A program made the translations under genes and the position numbers. From positions 18,757 to 82,756 of the forward strand of contig JAGCUR010000016.1 of the NCBI GenBank assembly GCA_017962745.1: 64,000 bases of DNA, read 5' to 3'. Source of the stretch: Bacilli bacterium. GTDB lineage: Bacteria; Bacillota_I; Bacilli_A; ML615J-28; CAG-698. This document shows, one piece after another, positions 8,058-18,176 of the stretch. How positions within the stretch are numbered: the first letter of the stretch is position 1; each line of letters begins with the position of its first letter. The notes beneath the pieces were generated by a model. That model was not told where the DNA came from. It saw only the letters and a program-made list of their open reading frames with translations, and did not search any database.

Positions 8058-11036
8058 ATGCTTAAACTTAATAATATTACTAAAATTTATCATACAGGCG
8101 GCGAAGATGTTCACGCATTGAAAGGAATTAACCTATCTTTTCGTGAACACGAGTTCGTATCGATTCTCGGTCCTTCTGGCTGCGGGAAGACGACAATGCT
8201 TAATATCATTGGCGGTCTTGACCAATATACTAGCGGCGATCTGCTTATCAACTCTAGATCGACAAAGTCGTATAAGGATCGTGATTGGGATACTTATCGA
8301 AACCATTCAATCGGTTTTGTTTTTCAATCATATAACCTAATTCCACATCAAACAGCTTTACAAAACGTTGAACTGGCGCTAACGCTATCAGGTGTTAGCA
8401 AGATTGAGCGTAGAAAACGTGCAATTGATGCCTTAAAGCAAGTTGGCCTAGCCGATCAATTAAAAAAGAAACCAAACGAAATGTCTGGTGGCCAGATGCA
8501 AAGGGTAGCGATTGCTAGAGCAATAGTCAATGATCCTGATATCGTCCTAGCTGATGAGCCAACTGGTGCTCTTGACACAGAAACTAGTATTCAAGTTATG
8601 GATATCTTGAAGCAAATATCAAAAGATCGCCTCGTTATTATGGTTACTCATAACCCTGATATCGCATCAACTTATTCAACAAGAATCGTTAAGATGCTAG
8701 ATGGCTTAATCACTGATGATTCATTGCCTCTAAGCGATGAAGAGATTGAGGAAGCTACAAAAGCTGACAAGGAAAAACCTTATAATAATAAGAAACCATC
8801 AATGTCTTTCTTCACTTCTTTCGTTTTATCGCTTAAGAACTTGATCACAAAACATGCAAGAACGATTCTTACAAGTTTTGCTGGATCAATTGGTATTATT
8901 GGTATCGCATTAATTTATGCGGTTTCTGCTGGTACTAATCAATACATTAACGATGTCCAAGAAGAAACTCTCGCAAGTTATCCATTAACTTTGCAAGAAG
9001 AAAATGTTAGCTTATCTACTTTGATAAGGACATTTATGGGTCGAGCTGAAACTATTGAAGAGCACGAAAACGATGCAGTCTATAAAAAAGCAATGCTTGC
9101 CCAAATGGTTAATTCACTAAATACAATTGAAGCAGATACTAATGACTTAAAAGCCTTCAAAACATATTTAGAAGGGCAACTTGCAATTGAAGATAGCAAA
9201 TTAGCGCAGTCTATTTCAGCCGTTCAATATTCTTATAATACTGATTTAATCGTTTATACTAGAAATGTGGATGGTGAAATAATAAAATCAGATACTAGCG
9301 AAGCAATGATGGCAATTATGCAAGATTATCTAAATATGGATATGTCTACTTGGATGTCTGCTGCTGCTAGTGGCCCACTTAGTTCATTTGTATCAACTGG
9401 TTCATTATGGTACGAGCTAATACCTGGTACTAATGGTAAAGCTATCAATGATGTTTATGATAAACAATATGATATAGTTTACGGTAGATGGCCGGATCGA
9501 TTTGATGAGGTAGTTATATTTGTCGATAAAAATAATGAAATTGATGACTTAACATTATATGCATTAGGCTTAGAATCTTGGGAAGAAATTCAAAAAATCG
9601 CGGAAGCTGCTCTAAATAATACTACTGTAGATATCCATGCTCACAAGTGGACATATCCTGAAATATGTAACATGGAATTTAGAACAATTTTGAGTTCAAA
9701 TTGTTACTCATATAGTTCTATGACAAAAACATATTATGATTTAACATCAATTCCAGCAATGCTTGCGTCTTTATATAACGATAAATCTACTCCTTTAAGA
9801 GTAGTTGGTATCGCAAGACCTAGCGAAGGTAGCGTATCAGGAAATGATTCAGGAATCGGTTATACTCATAAACTTACTGAGTATATTATTACTGAAGCAT
9901 ATAATTCTGATGCATCGCGTGCCCAAATGGAAAATCCAGATACTGATATATTTACTAATTTACCATTTAAGCCTACTGAAGAATTATCTGTTGCTGCTAA
10001 AGCAGATTACTTTAGAGAATATGTAGCTGGTCTATCTAATAAAGAAAAGAGCGATTTATATACTGAAATTGCTTGTACTCCTTCTCAAGAATATGTAAAC
10101 GAACAATTAGCAGCAACGCTAGGTTCTATGAGTCGAGAACAAAAAGAAAATATGGTCTTCCAACTAGTTAAAACGCAAATGCCAACAGTTGATGATGATA
10201 CAATTAATATGTATCTTCATGCGATGAGCGAAAGCGACCTAGATAGTGCCTTATCAACTCTACTTACAATGCAAATTACGCAACAATACGCTGCTGCTAT
10301 CAGGGAAGAATTAGACCAATTAGAAGATAGCGAAAAAGCAGCAATGCTTGATGCACAAGTAGCTACTGCTAGCGATGAAGAGTTGGCTAATTATTATGAT
10401 ACAGTTTTAAAGTTCTCAACTTCATCATATGAAGCAAACTTAGTAAAACTAGGATGTTTAGATTTAGATAGTCCTTCTGCTATTAGCCTTTATTCAACAT
10501 CATTTAAAGCTAAAGATGAAGTTAAAGCCGAAATCGAAACTTATAATGATAGTGTTGAAGAAGCAAAAGAAATATCATATACTGACTATGTTGGTATCAT
10601 TATGTCTTCTATTACTACTATCATTAATGCTATATCGATTATCTTAATGGCATTTGTTGGGGTATCACTGGTAGTATCATCGATTATGATTGGGGTAATT
10701 ACTCTAATATCAGTTCAAGAAAGAACTAAAGAAATCGGTATTTTAAGAGCAATTGGTGCATCAAAAGGCAATGTTTCGAGTATGTTTAACGCAGAAACAT
10801 TAATCATCGGTTTCACATCAGGTGTATTTGGTGTATTAATAACTTATATTCTATGTATACCAATTAACATAATCTTGAAACACTTTACAAAGATTCAAAA
10901 CTTACATGCTTTCTTACCGCCATATATAGGATTAATTCTTATTGGAATAAGTATGTTGCTTACTCTAATTGCGGGTATAATCCCTTCAAGAAGCGCAGCT
11001 AAGAAAGACCCGGTTGTAGCATTAAGAACTGAATAA
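8058..11036 (+). CDS. Fused ABC transporter ATP-binding/permease (MacB/FtsX-like)
   Basis: Walker [24 protein letters not shown]; large extracellular domain; C-terminal FtsX permease ([17 protein letters not shown]...DPVVALRTE). Confidence 0.92.
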   Translation: MLKLNNITKIYHTGGEDVHALKGINLSFREHEFVSILGPSGCGKTTMLNIIGGLDQYTSGDLLINSRSTKSYKDRDWDTYRNHSIGFVFQSYNLIPHQTALQNVELALTLSGVSKIERRKRAIDALKQVGLADQLKKKPNEMSGGQMQRVAIARAIVNDPDIVLADEPTGALDTETSIQVMDILKQISKDRLVIMVTHNPDIASTYSTRIVKMLDGLITDDSLPLSDEEIEEATKADKEKPYNNKKPSMSFFTSFVLSLKNLITKHARTILTSFAGSIGIIGIALIYAVSAGTNQYINDVQEETLASYPLTLQEENVSLSTLIRTFMGRAETIEEHENDAVYKKAMLAQMVNSLNTIEADTNDLKAFKTYLEGQLAIEDSKLAQSISAVQYSYNTDLIVYTRNVDGEIIKSDTSEAMMAIMQDYLNMDMSTWMSAAASGPLSSFVSTGSLWYELIPGTNGKAINDVYDKQYDIVYGRWPDRFDEVVIFVDKNNEIDDLTLYALGLESWEEIQKIAEAALNNTTVDIHAHKWTYPEICNMEFRTILSSNCYSYSSMTKTYYDLTSIPAMLASLYNDKSTPLRVVGIARPSEGSVSGNDSGIGYTHKLTEYIITEAYNSDASRAQMENPDTDIFTNLPFKPTEELSVAAKADYFREYVAGLSNKEKSDLYTEIACTPSQEYVNEQLAATLGSMSREQKENMVFQLVKTQMPTVDDDTINMYLHAMSESDLDSALSTLLTMQITQQYAAAIREELDQLEDSEKAAMLDAQVATASDEELANYYDTVLKFSTSSYEANLVKLGCLDLDSPSAISLYSTSFKAKDEVKAEIETYNDSVEEAKEISYTDYVGIIMSSITTIINAISIILMAFVGVSLVVSSIMIGVITLISVQERTKEIGILRAIGASKGNVSSMFNAETLIIGFTSGVFGVLITYILCIPINIILKHFTKIQNLHAFLPPYIGLILIGISMLLTLIAGIIPSRSAAKKDPVVALRTE

Positions 11037-11046
11037 ACTTAAATTT

Positions 11047-11079
11047 TGAGCCAATTTTTATAAAATTTGGCTCATTTTT
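11047..11079 (+). terminator. Intrinsic terminator
   Basis: tgagccaa / ttggctca stem followed by T5. Confidence 0.65.
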
Positions 11080-11138
11080 AAATTTTAAGTTTGCTTTTTT
11101 AAGAATTGTGATAAAATATATTTAAGGGAGGAATTTTT

Positions 11139-11348
11139 ATGGCAAGCACTAAAACTATTTATCATGTATCTAAGAGAGATAATGATGGACGTGAATGGAA
11201 AGTATTCATTCAAGGATCTGACAAAGTAATCAAATTATTTAAGACACAAAAAGAAGCTCTAGACTATGCACAAGGATTATGCAAGAACAAAAATGATGGT
11301 TCTACAGTAATGCTTCACGGACTAGATGGCAAGATGAGAAAATATTAA
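11139..11348 (+). CDS. DUF2188 family small protein
   Basis: YHVSKR..W.V...GS.K..K.F.TQKEA..YA...H..DGK.R pattern; strong GGGAGG SD. Confidence 0.8.
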   Translation: MASTKTIYHVSKRDNDGREWKVFIQGSDKVIKLFKTQKEALDYAQGLCKNKNDGSTVMLHGLDGKMRKY

Positions 11349-11354
11349 TAAGAA

Positions 11355-11384
11355 AAAATAGATAGGCGTTGGCCTATCTATTTT
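11355..11384 (+). terminator. Terminator between convergent DUF2188 and ssb genes
   Basis: aaaatagataggc / gcctatctatttt 13-bp inverted repeat. Confidence 0.8.
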
Positions 11385-11447
11385 CGTTATATTTGATATG
11401 TTTTGCTAGGAACTATATCATTAAAAAGTAAATGATGAATGCGTGGG

Positions 11448-11873
11448 TCATTCTTCATTTGTCTTGCTTTTCTTTTTCGGTTCTTTTTCAATTCTTTCGT
11501 TTATATCTTTTTCTTCTTCATCCTCTTGGACATTGACATCAGTTTTTTCTTTTTGACGAACAGCATTGATAAATGCTACGCGCTCACCAATAATCTCAAC
11601 GGTTTTTACTTTTCCTCCTCCCGCATCTTGATAACGGGTGATAAGGCGTCCTTTTACGCCAATTACACTTCCAACTCCACAATATTGGTATACAGCATCA
11701 GCATAGCCATACCAAATTGTTATCGGGAAGAAATCAGTTTCTTTGGTTCCTTCTTGAGATTTAAATGGGCGATCAACTGCCAAATCAAAATTACAAACTT
11801 TTGCACCATCTTCAAAAATTCTTATTTGCGGTTCGCTAGAAACTCGCCCAACTAATACAAGATTATTAAGCAC
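11448..11873 (-). CDS. ssb: Single-stranded DNA-binding protein (no C-terminal acidic Pro-Phe tip)
   Basis: LNNLVLVGRV, FDLAVDRPF, ETDFF, GSVIGVKGRL OB-fold; GTG start behind AAAGGAG. Confidence 0.85.
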   Translation of the reverse strand: MLNNLVLVGRVSSEPQIRIFEDGAKVCNFDLAVDRPFKSQEGTKETDFFPITIWYGYADAVYQYCGVGSVIGVKGRLITRYQDAGGGKVKTVEIIGERVAFINAVRQKEKTDVNVQEDEEEKDINERIEKEPKKKSKTNEE

Positions 11874-12005
11874 ATTTCGCTCCTTTCTTTACTAGCCACT
11901 TTAATTATATATAAGAATGAACCCTTTTAAAAACAAAGTAAAGCAGCGATTTATCTGTTTCCAAACATCTTTTAACTAAAATAATTAATACTTATTTCAT
12001 AATAA

Positions 12006-12040
12006 AAGTCATTTTTACCAACAATTGATAAAAATGACTT
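12006..12040 (-). terminator. Terminator after the LacI gene
   Basis: aagtcatttttaccaa / ttgataaaaatgactt inverted repeat (1 mismatch). Confidence 0.65.
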
Positions 12041-12081
12041 ATTTTCATATGTTTTATAAAAAAGGTAGGTTTTATAATCTG

Positions 12082-13071
12082 TTATTTTTCCAAAGTACTT
12101 TCTCTTTCAATAACATTAGCGCTATTTACATATAGTGATTCTTCCACATTCTCTTTGTTTATAACGTCAATAGCGTATTTGGCAACTCTTTTACCATATC
12201 CATACCAATCAACGGATATCGTAGATAAGGATGGACTAATGAATGATGCTTTATCAATATTATCAAAACCAGTTACTTTTACATCTTTTGGCACAGCATA
12301 CCCTGCTTCCTGTAGTGCCTTGATTGCCCCAATCGCTAATTCATCATTTCCGCACATTAAAGCATCAAACTTCAAGCCATTAGTTTTTAATATTTCTTTT
12401 ATTTCTTGATATCCTTTTTCTTCCGTAAATGAATTAGCATCAAAAACGATATCTTCATCAAAACTAACACCACTAGTAGCAAGAGCACGTTTATATCCAT
12501 TGAATCTTGTACTATTATGATATGATGCTTTTGGACCTAGTAAATAGGCAATTCTTTTACAGCCTAAATTTAGAAGCTTCATCGTTTGATTAAACATACC
12601 TTCTTCGTTATTTACATCAGCCATATAAATGTTTTCACCATGGACAAATTTATCAAGTACAATTATTGGCATAACTTGCGCAATATCTTTAATTAATGAA
12701 ATATCCAGTTTTGGATCCATAATAATTGCTAAATCAACCATTCTGCTTCTAATCATCGATAGGTTGGAATCAGGAATCATAACTAACATATTATATCTAG
12801 CATCATACTCTTTAAATCCACTAGCTAGTCCTGATAAGACAGTATGGTGAATTGGGCCATCAAAGTCCGGAATAAAAACACCAATGTTAAATGATTTTTT
12901 ACGTTTCAAGCCACTCGCATAAGCACTTGGAACATAATTTAACTCTTCTGCGGCCTTAAGAATCTTTTTACGCGTTGCTTCTGGTATCTCTTTACTACCA
13001 TTTAAGGCATAAGAAACTGTTGTAACCGAATAATTACAATATTTAGCTAAATCTTTAATTGTGACGTTCAT
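12082..13071 (-). CDS. LacI family transcriptional regulator
   Basis: VTIKDLAKYCNYSVTTVSYALNG HTH, LNYVPSAYASGL hinge, NDELAIGA, VPKDVKVTGFDN. Confidence 0.95.
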   Translation of the reverse strand: MNVTIKDLAKYCNYSVTTVSYALNGSKEIPEATRKKILKAAEELNYVPSAYASGLKRKKSFNIGVFIPDFDGPIHHTVLSGLASGFKEYDARYNMLVMIPDSNLSMIRSRMVDLAIIMDPKLDISLIKDIAQVMPIIVLDKFVHGENIYMADVNNEEGMFNQTMKLLNLGCKRIAYLLGPKASYHNSTRFNGYKRALATSGVSFDEDIVFDANSFTEEKGYQEIKEILKTNGLKFDALMCGNDELAIGAIKALQEAGYAVPKDVKVTGFDNIDKASFISPSLSTISVDWYGYGKRVAKYAIDVINKENVEESLYVNSANVIERESTLEK

Positions 13072-13130
13072 AATACACCTCTAGTTTCCTTCATTATTTA
13101 ATAAAGCAAAACCCCTTTATTTTATTAAAT

Positions 13131-13173
13131 AAAAAAGGAAGGATTGGCTGCGCTCCTAAGAGCGCAACCAATC
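13131..13173 (-). terminator. Terminator at the end of the glucan operon
   Basis: GC-rich hairpin gattggctgcgctc-ctaa-gagcgcaaccaatc followed by CTTCCTTTTTT on the - strand. Confidence 0.75.
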
Positions 13174-13188
13174 AATCTATTTAGTTAA

Positions 13189-16011
13189 TCATTCTGGTAA
13201 TTCATATAAATATACTAATTCATAAATAGTAATTTGGTTACCAGTACCAGCAGTGCCAGGGTTAGCAAATAAAACCATTTCAAGTTTATTAGCTTCTAAT
13301 GTTTTATCTGATAAGTCGATAATACCGCTTTGAACACTTCCATCAAATGTAACTTTATATTCATTTGCGTTATTGTCATTAGGTTTGAATAAGATTTCTT
13401 CGCCTGCAGTACCTTTAACCGTGTATTTAACACATTTATATGATGTAATATCAGCATTAACATCTAACCATAAACTATCATATCCCTCAGTGATAGTAGT
13501 TGGTTTATTAATTACTAATGCATAAGCAGCATTGCAATCACCAGATTTTGCAAGAGTTCCAGCCAATAAATCGATTGGTTCTTTACCATCGCCTTGCAAT
13601 TCAAACTTCGTAATTACAAAGTCATGACCTCTACCAGCTACATCTGCATCTGGCATGAAAATCATAAGTTTAGATGAATCAAATGATGTGCCTTCAGGCA
13701 ATGTATATTCTAACGATTGAACTGTGCCATCCATTGTAAATCTATGTTCTAAAGCACCATCATCATTTGGCTTAATTAAGAATATTTCGCCTTCTGTTCC
13801 TTGAATAGTAACAACAACCTTATTATAGCCAGTTAAATCGCCATCAACCTTTAAGCCGACCCATTCATAGCTTCCGCCGCCTACTACTTTAGAAACAATT
13901 AGTTCTTTAAAGTATTCGTGGCCATTCTTTGTAATTGTAGGATTAGCTAATAAATCAACGTCATCTTTTGCTACTGGTTCTTCTTCCTCTGAAGCAGTGT
14001 ATTCTTGAGTAAATAATACGCTATAAACTTCAATTTCATGACCAGTTCCATTAGCCCCTGGATTAGCAAATAAAACTACAGCAGCTTTTGAAGATACATA
14101 ATCAGCTTCAAATTCATAGAAGAATTGTTGAAGCTCGCCAGTCATAGTTTCTTTATGTTCCATGCTTCCACCAGTGTCATAAATCTTAATCATTACTTCT
14201 TCACCAGCAGTACCTTTAAGAACAACTGATAATCCATTAAAACCATTTAAGTCAACTGGTGATGCATATTTAACATGATCCCAATTGAATTCTTCGCCTT
14301 CAAATGGAGCTTTTGCGAATTTTAAAACGCCGTTTTCAATACTGAATGTAGTCTTAGTCTTAGGTTGACCTTGTTCATCAACTGGAGTTGACCAAGCTTC
14401 AGCATTAGCTAAAGCATCATGTAATGCAGGATAATTACCTAATTGTAATGCATATATTTCGAATTCGCCTGAAGCTCCTTCTACATCGGCATTAGGCATT
14501 AAAGTGACAGCAAACTTGCCTGATTTCCATGCACCTTCGAATTCAATATCAAGAGATTGGATATCACCAGTGCATTCAACTCTCTTTTCAATTGCGTTAT
14601 CATCATAGATCTTAAATAACATTTTTTGTCCTTTAGGACCTTTGAATGAAACTCTTAAGTGATCGTATCCGGCAGGATCAGCGCCTTCAGCAAATTTAAC
14701 ACCAATCCATTCATATGCACTAGCGCCTTCACCTTTTGATACGATTAAAGCATGCTTTAATTCATCATAAGCAGCACTAGCCTTAGTATCTTCAGCAAGT
14801 ACTAATTCGCCACCATAAATAATGATATCTTCTTTAAGTTCTTTTGATTTTTCCCATTTAGCATACACAACAGCACCAGTCTCAGGGATTGTAGTGAATT
14901 CGTATGGAGTAGTTAAATCGCTATCTGCATACCAACCAGCAAATTCCCAACCAGCTCTTTCTGGAGCTTCTGGAGCGCTAACTGCTGTACCAGGAACATC
15001 ATAATATTCTTCAACTGCGCTTCCGCCATTAGTTACGAAGAAAATAGCGGCTTTTTGAGTAGCTTCTGCGTCGATTGTACGACATAATTTAATACTCTTA
15101 ATCTTTACATATTCAGGAGTTTCGCCACAACCTACAGTTCCACCATTTAAGAATACTAATACTCTTTGGCCAAGAACATCGCTGAAGTTGTCAGCTTCAC
15201 CAGTGAAAATAACTGTTTGAGCTTCGCCTGTCATAATAACTTTAGTTTCGAATGCTACTGATTCTCCACCTTCAAGTTTAAGTGTTACTTCAATATCTTT
15301 TGTTCCTTCAAGTTCAAAAACAACTGTTTGATTGTTCTTTGTAGCAATTGGAATATTGACAGCACAGAATGACCATTCGCCTTTTCCAGCTGTAGCAGTA
15401 AGTTTTGTTCCATCTTCTTCGTTAGTAATTAAATATGCGCCATCATCATTGTTAGCAAAATTGATTGGAACATTAATTAATGAACCAGGTTCAAATACTT
15501 GCCACTTAGCATAAGCTGTAGTGTTAGTTCTTGGCATAACATATGTTAACTTATTTGTATAAGCTTTATCTGTAAACCAACCAACGAATACATATCCTTC
15601 TCTAACAGGATCATCAGGGATTTTAAATGTTTTACCACCTTCAGCTACAATTGGATTGTAAGAAGGTCCGCCTTGTGAGTCGAATGTTAATGTAACAACC
15701 CACTTAGCAAATAATTCTACATTTTGGCTAGGCATTGTTGCTGGAAAATCATATGGTTCTAATAAATCAATATCAGAATACCAGCCACCAAATGTCATAT
15801 TAGCAAGTGTAGGATCAGCAGGTTTAGTGATAGCTGCGCCAGCTTCAGCTTTAATATCAGCTACTTCACTTCCACCATTTGATTCAAAGGTGATAGTATA
15901 TTCAGTCTTACCACCTTGTTGGCCACCACCATTGCCACCGTTTTTACAAGCAGCAAATGCGAAGACCATTAAAAAAGCAAATAAACAAACAAATAATTTT
16001 TTAATTTTCAT
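13189..16011 (-). CDS. Surface lipoprotein with 3 InlB B-repeat (Listeria-Bacteroides repeat) domains and about 5 CBM-like repeats; no catalytic domain recognised
   Basis: Lipobox FAFAAC and Gly linker; F.SNGGS...P.R.GY.F.GW...YAKW repeats at aa ~37-104, 105-171, 321-387; ~120-aa internal repeats at aa ~180-311, 395-526, 530-670, 684-808, 812-936. Confidence 0.8.
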   Translation of the reverse strand: MKIKKLFVCLFAFLMVFAFAACKNGGNGGGQQGGKTEYTITFESNGGSEVADIKAEAGAAITKPADPTLANMTFGGWYSDIDLLEPYDFPATMPSQNVELFAKWVVTLTFDSQGGPSYNPIVAEGGKTFKIPDDPVREGYVFVGWFTDKAYTNKLTYVMPRTNTTAYAKWQVFEPGSLINVPINFANNDDGAYLITNEEDGTKLTATAGKGEWSFCAVNIPIATKNNQTVVFELEGTKDIEVTLKLEGGESVAFETKVIMTGEAQTVIFTGEADNFSDVLGQRVLVFLNGGTVGCGETPEYVKIKSIKLCRTIDAEATQKAAIFFVTNGGSAVEEYYDVPGTAVSAPEAPERAGWEFAGWYADSDLTTPYEFTTIPETGAVVYAKWEKSKELKEDIIIYGGELVLAEDTKASAAYDELKHALIVSKGEGASAYEWIGVKFAEGADPAGYDHLRVSFKGPKGQKMLFKIYDDNAIEKRVECTGDIQSLDIEFEGAWKSGKFAVTLMPNADVEGASGEFEIYALQLGNYPALHDALANAEAWSTPVDEQGQPKTKTTFSIENGVLKFAKAPFEGEEFNWDHVKYASPVDLNGFNGLSVVLKGTAGEEVMIKIYDTGGSMEHKETMTGELQQFFYEFEADYVSSKAAVVLFANPGANGTGHEIEVYSVLFTQEYTASEEEEPVAKDDVDLLANPTITKNGHEYFKELIVSKVVGGGSYEWVGLKVDGDLTGYNKVVVTIQGTEGEIFLIKPNDDGALEHRFTMDGTVQSLEYTLPEGTSFDSSKLMIFMPDADVAGRGHDFVITKFELQGDGKEPIDLLAGTLAKSGDCNAAYALVINKPTTITEGYDSLWLDVNADITSYKCVKYTVKGTAGEEILFKPNDNNANEYKVTFDGSVQSGIIDLSDKTLEANKLEMVLFANPGTAGTGNQITIYELVYLYELPE

Positions 16012-16033
16012 TTCTTTCTCCTTTACTAATTGT

Positions 16034-18169
16034 TTATTTATCCAATTTCAAATTGAATTCTTTGAAATTTTCTACCGAACTGTTTGCGCCAACAAATAGT
16101 TTATACTTACCAAAGTATGGAACCATTTTTTCACCAACGTAATACATTAAATCTTTAGGATTTAAATCAAAACTAACTATCTTCTTCTCAAAAGCATTAA
16201 ACTTAACTTTTTTAAAGCCTTTTAATTCTTTTATTGGTCTTGATACATTTCCGGATGGTGCGCTGATATAAAGCTCAACAACTTCCATTCCTTTATAACT
16301 ACTATCATTAACGATTTCTACCGATACTTGCAGTTTATCATTTAAGCCTATTTCATTTTTAGATAGAATTATATCACCATAGATAAACCTCGAATAAGAT
16401 AAGCCGTATCCAAATGGATATAGTGGATAAATATCCATATCGATATAGCGCATCAGATAGTCGTTATTTCCATTATCATCGTGTGGTCTACCACTTGGTA
16501 GGTGATTATAGTAGATTGGTACTTGACCAATACCTCTTGGAAAGCTCATTGTAAGCTTACCTGATGGATTAATCTTTCCATACAAGCAATCCACAATTGC
16601 ATCTCCGCTCATAGTTCCTAAGAACCAAGCATAAAGAATTGCATGAACCTTATTCTCTTCATATAGTTTTTTATACTTAGTTAAGACAAGCGGTCTTCCA
16701 CTAAAGATAACAAGTACAATTCTTTTTTCTAATTTAGTTAATTCTTCTAGTAAAGCATCATGAGCACTAATTACATCAAGCGATGTTCTTGAATGGTTTT
16801 CACCACTCATCCACTGCTCTTCGCCGATAGTTAAAACGATCGTATCAGCGTCTTTCGCAACATCAATTGCTTCTTTTAATAACGCTTCATCGCTATCAAA
16901 CATCTTCGAACCTTTAGCATATAAATAATGATAATTACCATTATCTAATGCTTCTTTAATTGTAATAGTGTCATCAAAGTTTACTTTTCCGCCCCAAGCG
17001 CCAACAACTTTCTTCTCCTCCACAAAAGGACCAATGAAAGCTACCTTTTGACGCTTCTTAAGAGGCAATGTCCCATTATTCTCAAGCAAGCACAAGGCCT
17101 GGCTTGCGACCTGATAAGCAATTTTTTTGCTCTTTTCTTCTAAAAAATAGTTTTCCGGATTAGGATAGATTGCTTTATATGGATTAGCAAATAATCCCAT
17201 TTTGTATTTCACATCTAAAACGCGATAACATGCTTCATCCACAAGCTTTTCGCTAACAATTCCCTCGCTAACTAGCTTTTCTAAATTGTCGATATAGCAT
17301 CTTGTATACATTTCGTGATCAACACCAGCAAGGATTCCTTTTTTAGCGCATTCAGCCATATCTGCTGCACACTTATGTTCCATAATTTCTTCTAAAGAAC
17401 CCCAATCTGTAATAACTACATTTTTAAAACCAATCTTCTTCCTTAAAACATGGCGAAGTAGATAATCATTAATTGTTACTGGTACATCATTAAATGTATT
17501 AAATGCTGACATAACCATTTCGCAGCCATTATTAATTGCTTCTCTAAATGGTGGTAAATAAAAATTAAATAATGTAGATGTGCTCATCTCAACACCATCA
17601 TAATCTCTACCACCAACGCAAGCGCCATAACCGACGAAATGTTTAGCGCAAGCGCCAATGCCGCCTTTATGATATCCTTTGATGTAAGCTGCCGCTATTT
17701 TTTTAGAAAGATATGGGTCTTCTCCATTTCCTTCCATAACGCGGCCCCATCTTGGATCTCTTGCTAAATCGAGCATTGGGGAAAATGTTAAGTTTACCCC
17801 GCTATGGCTTGATTCATAGCCAACCATCTCGCAAGCTTTTTCGATTAGGGATGGGTTCCACGAACAAGACATCGCTAAATTGATCGGTATCATTGTCCTG
17901 CAACCATGAATAATATCGTTACAAAAGATTAGCGGAATTTTATGTTTTGTCTCATTAACTGCTACTTCTTGTAACTTCTTAATTACACTTACATCATTGA
18001 GACCTAAAATTGATCCTACTTCTCCATTTTTAATCGAAGATAAAGTATTTTTGCTTTCCTTTACATTACCGGTAATTAGTGACCCATCGTAAGTAGATTG
18101 GTACATTTGGCCAATCTTTTCGCGTAAGGTCATTTTCCTCATCAAGTCTAAAACAAATTCGTTAGTCAT
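16034..18169 (-). CDS. GH3 beta-glucosidase (BglX-like, cytoplasmic)
   Basis: MTLREKIGQM, DIIHG, RDPRWGRVMEG, CAKHF, VITDW nucleophile motif, NPSGKLTMSFP, PLYPFGYGLSY, Fn3-like C-terminus; no signal peptide. Confidence 0.93.
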   Translation of the reverse strand: MTNEFVLDLMRKMTLREKIGQMYQSTYDGSLITGNVKESKNTLSSIKNGEVGSILGLNDVSVIKKLQEVAVNETKHKIPLIFCNDIIHGCRTMIPINLAMSCSWNPSLIEKACEMVGYESSHSGVNLTFSPMLDLARDPRWGRVMEGNGEDPYLSKKIAAAYIKGYHKGGIGACAKHFVGYGACVGGRDYDGVEMSTSTLFNFYLPPFREAINNGCEMVMSAFNTFNDVPVTINDYLLRHVLRKKIGFKNVVITDWGSLEEIMEHKCAADMAECAKKGILAGVDHEMYTRCYIDNLEKLVSEGIVSEKLVDEACYRVLDVKYKMGLFANPYKAIYPNPENYFLEEKSKKIAYQVASQALCLLENNGTLPLKKRQKVAFIGPFVEEKKVVGAWGGKVNFDDTITIKEALDNGNYHYLYAKGSKMFDSDEALLKEAIDVAKDADTIVLTIGEEQWMSGENHSRTSLDVISAHDALLEELTKLEKRIVLVIFSGRPLVLTKYKKLYEENKVHAILYAWFLGTMSGDAIVDCLYGKINPSGKLTMSFPRGIGQVPIYYNHLPSGRPHDDNGNNDYLMRYIDMDIYPLYPFGYGLSYSRFIYGDIILSKNEIGLNDKLQVSVEIVNDSSYKGMEVVELYISAPSGNVSRPIKELKGFKKVKFNAFEKKIVSFDLNPKDLMYYVGEKMVPYFGKYKLFVGANSSVENFKEFNLKLDK

Positions 18170-18176
18170 AATTCAC

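Noticed and set aside
6677-11873. Genomic island integrated at tRNA-Gly
   Set aside because: No integrase or mobility genes, and I saw no duplicated tRNA 3' end downstream.
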